Shown here piece by piece: positions 58,817-64,000 of a stretch of DNA of 64,000 bases. A program made the translations under genes and the position numbers. Position 1 is the first letter of the stretch; each line of letters starts with the position of its first letter. The stretch comes from Armatimonadota bacterium. Its GTDB lineage: Bacteria; Armatimonadota; UBA5829; DSUL01. The stretch lies in the NCBI GenBank assembly GCA_040769165.1, contig JAXGLP010000001.1:1451702-1515701 (forward strand), in the 5' to 3' direction. The notes beneath the pieces were generated by a model. That model was given only the letters and a program-made list of their open reading frames with translations, did no database searches and was not told the origin of the DNA.

Positions 58817-59029
58817 ATGGCAGAAAAGGGTCTTGTCTGGGAGCTTCTTTCTGAAACAGGCGGCTCGATTGACACCCAGATTCATCGAGCCAGAGTGCCG
58901 GGCGGGTGGCTTGTGCTCGCGCATGCGTATGACAAGTACGGGCATACGTCCGGCCAGAAGTCGCTGGCGTTGACGTTCTACCCCGACCCGTCCCACGAAT
59001 GGGACGGCGGATCACCCGGCCAAGACTGA
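58817..59029 (+). CDS. Small hypothetical protein (70 aa)
   Basis: Good RBS (GGAGGTG 7 nt upstream), but overlaps the 3' end of mnmG by 18 nt on the opposite strand and has no recognisable family. Confidence 0.25.
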   Translation: MAEKGLVWELLSETGGSIDTQIHRARVPGGWLVLAHAYDKYGHTSGQKSLALTFYPDPSHEWDGGSPGQD

Positions 59030-60898
59030 CTCGCGGCGCTCGCCGGACGCGGCCTGCGACCTGCGCAGGCGCGACAGGTGCACCATCAGAATGGAGATGT
59101 CGGCGGGCGTCAGCCCGGGAATTCGTGAGGCCTGCCCGAGCGTGGCCGGCCGTATCTGCGAGAGCTTGTCGCGTCCCTCGCGCGAGATGGCCGGGTAGTC
59201 CTGGTAGACCAGATCGGCCGGAATGGCCCACGCCTCGAGGTCGCGGCCACGCGATGCTTCGGCGTTCTGCATCCGGATGTAGCCTTCGTACTTGATCTCG
59301 ATCTCCACCTGCCGCGCCACCTCGGGCGCAACGGCCGCGCCGGAGGCGATATCACCGTATGTGATTTCGGGCCTGCGCAGCAGATCGGCCAGCGAAAGCC
59401 CCTGGGATCGTGACAGATCGAGCCGATGGCAGAGATCCGGTGGAACACGCGTCTCCCTGAGCCGCCGGTGCTCTGCTTCCAGCCACTGCCTGCGCTGCTG
59501 ATACACCTCCCACCTCGCGTCGTCAACGAGTCCGGCCTCCCGTCCGAGGGGGGTGAGGCGCATGTCGGCGTTGTCGTGCCGCAGCAGAAGGCGATACTCG
59601 GCGCGGGAGGTGAGCAGGCGGTAAGGGTCGCTCACGCCCTTTGTCACCAGATCGTCTATCATCACGCCGATGTAGCTCTGGGTGCGGTCCATAATGAAAG
59701 GCGGGCGGGCTTCGAGCTTGAGGCTGGCGTTGATCGCGGCGACAAGGCCCTGACCGGCCGCCTCCTCGTATCCGGACGTCCCGTTGATCTGCCCGGCGAA
59801 GTAGAGCCCGCTGATGCGCTTGGTTTCGAGCGTCGGGTAAAGCTCCGTCGGAGGGACGAAGTCATACTCGACCGCGTAGCCCGGAAGCAGCATCTCGGCG
59901 TTCTCGAGCCCCGGGATCGATCGCAGAAACGCGATCTGCACATCCTCCGGCAGGCTGGTGGACATTCCCTGAACGTAGATGGAGTTCGTGTCCCAGCCCT
60001 CCTGCTCCAGAAAGACCTGGTGGCGCTCGCGGTGCGGGAACTTGACGATCTTGTCCTCGATGGAGGGGCAGTACCTCGGCCCGATGCCGTCAATCCGCCC
60101 GCCGTACATCGCCGACCGTGAGAGGTTGGCTTCGATGATTCTCTTCGTTTCGGGGGTGGTGGCCGTGATCCAGCACGCAAGCAGGTCGTGGCGCTCCCGT
60201 GGAGGTGTGAGGTAGGAGAACGCCAGCGGAGAGGGATCCGACGGCTGAAGCGCGAGGCGGGAGGTGTCGAGCGACTCGCGGGCGACGCGCGCGGTCGTTC
60301 CGGTCTTGAGGCGTCCCAGCGGGAAACCCATCTGGCGCAGGGAGTCCGACAGCTCGTCCGCTCCCGGCTCGCCCCGGCGTCCTTCCCTTGTCTGGACTTC
60401 GCCGCAGTGGCAGAGACCGTTCAAAAATGTGCCCGTGGTGACAATCACGGCATGCGCTTCCAACTCGCGTCCGCTGGCCAGGCGCACACCGCGCACCTGC
60501 CCGTCTTCGTGGAGAATGGCGACAGCGCGGTCTTCAACGAGCGTCAGGCCTGGCTGGCGGTCCACAACCGCTCGCATAGCCCTGCAATACAGCAACGTGT
60601 CGCACTGCGCGCGGAGAGCCTGCACAGCAGGTCCCTTGCCCGTATTGAGCATGCGGCGATGGGTGGTGGTGGCGTCGGCCACGAGCGCCATCTGCCCACC
60701 GAGAGCGTCAATCTCGCGCACGACCTGCCCCTTCGCCGACCCGCCGATGGAGCAGTTGCACGGCATGAGTGCCATCTTGTCCGCGGACAGCGTGACGGCG
60801 CAGGTGTTCGCGCCGAGACGCGCCGCCGCAAGCGCGGCCTCGCAGCCCGCGTGGCCCGCGCCCACAACGACGATGTCAAAAGAGGTCGCGCTGATCAT
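59012..60898 (-). CDS. mnmG: tRNA uridine 5-carboxymethylaminomethyl modification enzyme MnmG/GidA
   Basis: FAD motif [16 protein letters not shown], plus conserved MnmG core and C-terminal domain. Start at ATG 60898, since the long upstream extension of the track ORF is not conserved and a separate gene ends at 60918. Confidence 0.85.
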   Translation of the reverse strand: MISATSFDIVVVGAGHAGCEAALAAARLGANTCAVTLSADKMALMPCNCSIGGSAKGQVVREIDALGGQMALVADATTTHRRMLNTGKGPAVQALRAQCDTLLYCRAMRAVVDRQPGLTLVEDRAVAILHEDGQVRGVRLASGRELEAHAVIVTTGTFLNGLCHCGEVQTREGRRGEPGADELSDSLRQMGFPLGRLKTGTTARVARESLDTSRLALQPSDPSPLAFSYLTPPRERHDLLACWITATTPETKRIIEANLSRSAMYGGRIDGIGPRYCPSIEDKIVKFPHRERHQVFLEQEGWDTNSIYVQGMSTSLPEDVQIAFLRSIPGLENAEMLLPGYAVEYDFVPPTELYPTLETKRISGLYFAGQINGTSGYEEAAGQGLVAAINASLKLEARPPFIMDRTQSYIGVMIDDLVTKGVSDPYRLLTSRAEYRLLLRHDNADMRLTPLGREAGLVDDARWEVYQQRRQWLEAEHRRLRETRVPPDLCHRLDLSRSQGLSLADLLRRPEITYGDIASGAAVAPEVARQVEIEIKYEGYIRMQNAEASRGRDLEAWAIPADLVYQDYPAISREGRDKLSQIRPATLGQASRIPGLTPADISILMVHLSRLRRSQAASGERRESVLAG

Positions 60899-60917
60899 AG
60901 ACGCCGGCAGCCGGGCC

Positions 60918-61295
60918 CTACCCGGCCCTCTTCCTGCGCATGATGTTTCTGACCGCGCCCTGCAGCAGCTTGAGAGCCTCGTCGAATGCGACTTCGCCCT
61001 CCCAGAGTTCATCAACGACATCACGCGGCAGCCACCGCGCGGCAAGGCCGAGGGCGGCAGCCGCGATAAAGGCGTCGTCCACATACCCGAGCACCGGGAC
61101 GGCATCGGGGACGATGTCGAGGGGCGACGCGAGGTACACGCCCAGCCCCACCAGCAGGAACTTGACGCGTTTCGGCACCTTCGGGCTGCGGAAGAGCCTG
61201 AAGACGAACTTTGCCACGTCCCCGACGAGGGTCAGGCTCAGTCTTCCCGCCTGCTTTGCCGATGATTCCCCGGTTTGTGTCTTCTGCGCATTCAT
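60918..61295 (-). CDS. DUF1232 (YkvA-like) small membrane protein
   Basis: ...[34 protein letters not shown]... is the hallmark of DUF1232. Confidence 0.6.
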   Translation of the reverse strand: MNAQKTQTGESSAKQAGRLSLTLVGDVAKFVFRLFRSPKVPKRVKFLLVGLGVYLASPLDIVPDAVPVLGYVDDAFIAAAALGLAARWLPRDVVDELWEGEVAFDEALKLLQGAVRNIMRRKRAG

Positions 61296-61574
61296 AGTTT
61301 TCCCCGGCCATTATGACCGCGCGGGGCTTCGGGGGACAACACACCCGCAAAGACGATGCCCGACGCCTCGGGAATGAGGGGGCTGAGAAGACATCCCGGA
61401 ACGGCCCCAGGAACTTCCTGTCCGGCGACCAGTCGGTGATGGCAAAGACCACTTCAGGTGCCTCGAGTGCGGCAATGGCATGGTCCGGCCGGCAGGGTCG
61501 CGGGAGCGGAGATCCCGCGACACGACAGGCGGACGGCGTTGGTCACGGCGGCGGCGAAGTGGTAACATCAGGGC

Positions 61575-62795
61575 ATGAGCACGAAATACGCGGGCGCGCT
61601 GTCGGGACAGTTCGACGGCAAGAAACCTTTTCTCATCGTCAGCACCGAGTCTGACGAGCCTTTCGCCATAGACATAGGCGCCTACTGCCGCCAGCGCGTG
61701 GACATCGCGGATATCGTCTCGCTGAAGACGTTCGTAAACACCGAGTTCTGCCCGCGCTTCATCAGCGACGAACAGGACATGGCCGAGATCGGCAACAAGC
61801 TGGCGGGCACGAATGTCGTGCTGGTTTCAACGGTCTCGAGCACGCTCAGCCGCAACGAACTGGCCTGGCGCTCGCTGCTGATAGCCAGAGCGGCGAAGGA
61901 TAACGGGGCAGCGGGAGTCGTGCTCGTGGAACCAGATCTCTTCTTCAGCGCGCAGGACCGGGGCCCCCGTTCCGATCACGGCGACACCGACTACAAGCGC
62001 ACCATCGGGGATTACAAGAAGTTCGACGGGCAGCCCTTCACCAGTCTCTTCTACGCGCAGGCTCTCGCGCTTGCCGGGGTGGACTGCGCGATCACAGTGC
62101 ACAATCACTCTGTCTCCGTCCAGAGGCTGTTCGAAGCCACCCTGAACAGGGGCTTTCTGAACCTGAGCCCGGCCGATGTTTTCGCCGACTACATTCTGAA
62201 ATCCGACGTGACGCCCAGCCTGCACAACGGAACGGGCCTGCTGATGTGCGCCCCAGACCTGGGAGCGCGGGCGTTTGTGAGCGAGGTGGACGACGAGATC
62301 CGGCGGCAGTCTGCCGGAAACGCGAAGACGGGCCTGATCTGGTACACCAAACGCCGAACCGGCGAGCGGTCAGTTTCGAGCATCATAGACGACTGCTCGC
62401 CGTGCGCGGTGGAGGACATCGCCGGACGGGACGTAATCGTCATTGACGACATGGTCCGGACGGGAACCACCATCCGCGAATGCTGCCGCCAGCTTAAAGC
62501 AGCGGGCGCCGGGCGCGTGGTCTACTTCGTCACGCACTTCTACTCGTCGCCCGAAGCCCGCGAGAACCTGAGCAGCGCGGAGATTGACGAGATCGTCACG
62601 ACGAACACGCTCCCGCTGATCCTCAACAGAGACAGGCAGGGGCGTCTGCGGCGCAAGATGACGGTGATCAAAATCGAGAAGTGGATATCGCGCGTCATTC
62701 TTGACGTTCTGGGCAGGCCCACCGACCATCTGAAGGGCCGCATCTACAACGTGGACATCTCAACCAAGAACCCCAGGGCGCATCCGCCCGCGTAA
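61575..62795 (+). CDS. Ribose-phosphate pyrophosphokinase-like protein (divergent Prs/PRTase family)
   Basis: PRPP-binding loop DVIVIDDMVRTGTTI. N-terminal domain with EPDLFFSAQDRG matching the Prs 'YARQDRK' region. Overall divergent, 406 aa. Confidence 0.6.
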   Translation: MSTKYAGALSGQFDGKKPFLIVSTESDEPFAIDIGAYCRQRVDIADIVSLKTFVNTEFCPRFISDEQDMAEIGNKLAGTNVVLVSTVSSTLSRNELAWRSLLIARAAKDNGAAGVVLVEPDLFFSAQDRGPRSDHGDTDYKRTIGDYKKFDGQPFTSLFYAQALALAGVDCAITVHNHSVSVQRLFEATLNRGFLNLSPADVFADYILKSDVTPSLHNGTGLLMCAPDLGARAFVSEVDDEIRRQSAGNAKTGLIWYTKRRTGERSVSSIIDDCSPCAVEDIAGRDVIVIDDMVRTGTTIRECCRQLKAAGAGRVVYFVTHFYSSPEARENLSSAEIDEIVTTNTLPLILNRDRQGRLRRKMTVIKIEKWISRVILDVLGRPTDHLKGRIYNVDISTKNPRAHPPA

Positions 62796-62802
62796 GGCGC
62801 CC

Positions 62803-64000
62803 TCAGACTTCGGGCTCGTCCGGCGGGCGCTGATCGGCAAGTGAGCCGAGAGCCCTTATCTCCGGCCACAGGCCGGCCACAGCCGCCACCACCGCGATTG
62901 TGCCTATCCCGCCCGCGACAACAGAAACGACCGGTCCGAACAACTGCGCCACCAGCCCCGACTCGAACCCCCCGAGTTCGTTCGACGACCCTATGAAGAC
63001 GCCATTGACAGCGGACACCCTCCCTCGGAGCACGTCCGGCGTGCGCACCTGAACGAGCGTGTGCCGGATCACGACGCTGATGTTGTCGAACGCCCCCGCC
63101 AGAAACAGCATCGCAAGCGACAGCAGGAACGAACGCGAGAGCCCGAACACAATCGTAACAGCCCCGAACCCGGCGACCGCGAGAAGCAGCGCGCGCCCGG
63201 CGCGGCGGAACGGCGGACTGTGCGCAACGACGGTCGCCATCACAAGCGCGCCAACGGCCGGGGCGGCCCGCAGCCAGCCGAACCCCTGTGGCCCCACGTG
63301 CAGGATATCCTTGGCGTAGATCGGCAACAGCGTCGTCGCGCCGCCCAGCAGAACGGCGAACATGTCCAGAGCGATAGCTGACAAGATGACTTTCTCACGC
63401 TGTACGAAAGCCAGTCCGGCGGCGAGAGTCTTGAGAGACGGTGGCTCGCCCGGCCTCTGGCGCGGGCGGGCCGGTATCAGCCAGACAAACGCGAAAAACG
63501 TCAGCGCGGCAAGCGCATCCAGTATGTAAACAGGCCAGGCCCGGTGGGCAATGGCGATGATCGCGCCGCCCACGGCCGGGCCGCTCATGCAGGCGATCTC
63601 GAAGGTCGTGCTGCTCCACGCCGCGGCGTTGCCCAGAATCCTGAGCGGAACGAGCTGCGGTATGAGCGCGGCGCGCGCAGGCCCTTTGATGGCGTTCGCG
63701 ATTCCCGCCAGAAGCAGACACAGATACATCAGGAGCACCGGGCCCTGCACGAAGGAGATTGCGGCAAGGCCGAGCGACGCGACCGCCATCAGGAGCTGCC
63801 CGGCGAGCAAGATCAGGCGTCTGTCCATTCGATCGGCGAGGTGTCCGGACGGGAGAAAGAGCGCGATTACCGGCAGCACCTGCACCAGCCCCACATAGCC
63901 CAGCATCATAGGGGAGCGCGTTCGTTCATACAGCTCCCATCCGACGGCGATGGTGAGCATCTGCTGGCCAAAGTTCGCGACAAGGTTCCCCACCACGTAC
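62803..64000 (-). CDS. MFS transporter (EntS/YbdA-like), probably 5'-truncated by the window end
   Basis: Multiple TM helices. MFS signature-like ...PSGHLADRMDRRLILL.... The ORF reaches the last bases of the window. Confidence 0.7.
   Translation of the reverse strand, partial: YVVGNLVANFGQQMLTIAVGWELYERTRSPMMLGYVGLVQVLPVIALFLPSGHLADRMDRRLILLAGQLLMAVASLGLAAISFVQGPVLLMYLCLLLAGIANAIKGPARAALIPQLVPLRILGNAAAWSSTTFEIACMSGPAVGGAIIAIAHRAWPVYILDALAALTFFAFVWLIPARPRQRPGEPPSLKTLAAGLAFVQREKVILSAIALDMFAVLLGGATTLLPIYAKDILHVGPQGFGWLRAAPAVGALVMATVVAHSPPFRRAGRALLLAVAGFGAVTIVFGLSRSFLLSLAMLFLAGAFDNISVVIRHTLVQVRTPDVLRGRVSAVNGVFIGSSNELGGFESGLVAQLFGPVVSVVAGGIGTIAVVAAVAGLWPEIRALGSLADQRPPDEPEV

Overview
High-GC (~65%) bacterial chromosomal window with no rRNA, tRNA, CRISPR or IS elements detected. 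Housekeeping blocks: (i) a fully consolidated nitrogen-control locus, OmpR-type regulator -> amtB -> glnK -> glnD -> glnB -> glnA, with an actinobacterial GlnR-box-like repeat in front of amtB; (ii) a livKHMGF branched-chain amino-acid ABC transporter, homocysteine S-methyltransferase, a GT4 glycosyltransferase, pilT and fumC; (iii) an archaeal-style DNA-end-resection operon nurA-herA-sbcD(mre11)-sbcC(rad50), translationally coupled, followed by glxK, an epimerase, mnmG and a PRPP-synthetase-like gene. The most unusual content is a set of seven large secreted multidomain proteins. They are a 2274-aa S8 subtilase, a CBM/FN3-rich protein, a putative peptidase, a GHL10 hydrolase-like protein, and three tandem paralogs with an N-terminal FlgD-Ig-like domain. 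They are otherwise unrelated, but all end in the same ~190-200-aa C-terminal module. That module has an OB-fold-like 'FYVQD..R..GIRV ... GER(Y/I)L' half followed by a 'GGEDW...GQRG...GLNNVGLLVRTWG...GYFxIDDGSG...VTGI...PVxxPRxxDI' half, and the protein stops a few residues later. I could not match it by eye to PEP-CTERM, LPXTG, SLH or the T9SS CTD, and a separate canonical PEP-CTERM protein sits in the same window. I propose it as a candidate, previously undescribed surface-anchoring or sorting module. The three paralogs form an [A][B][A'] array: copies 1 and 3 are ~98% identical over ~2.4 kb including their terminator, yet differ in their signal-peptide region. Many long antisense ORFs in the supplied track are high-GC artefacts and were rejected.
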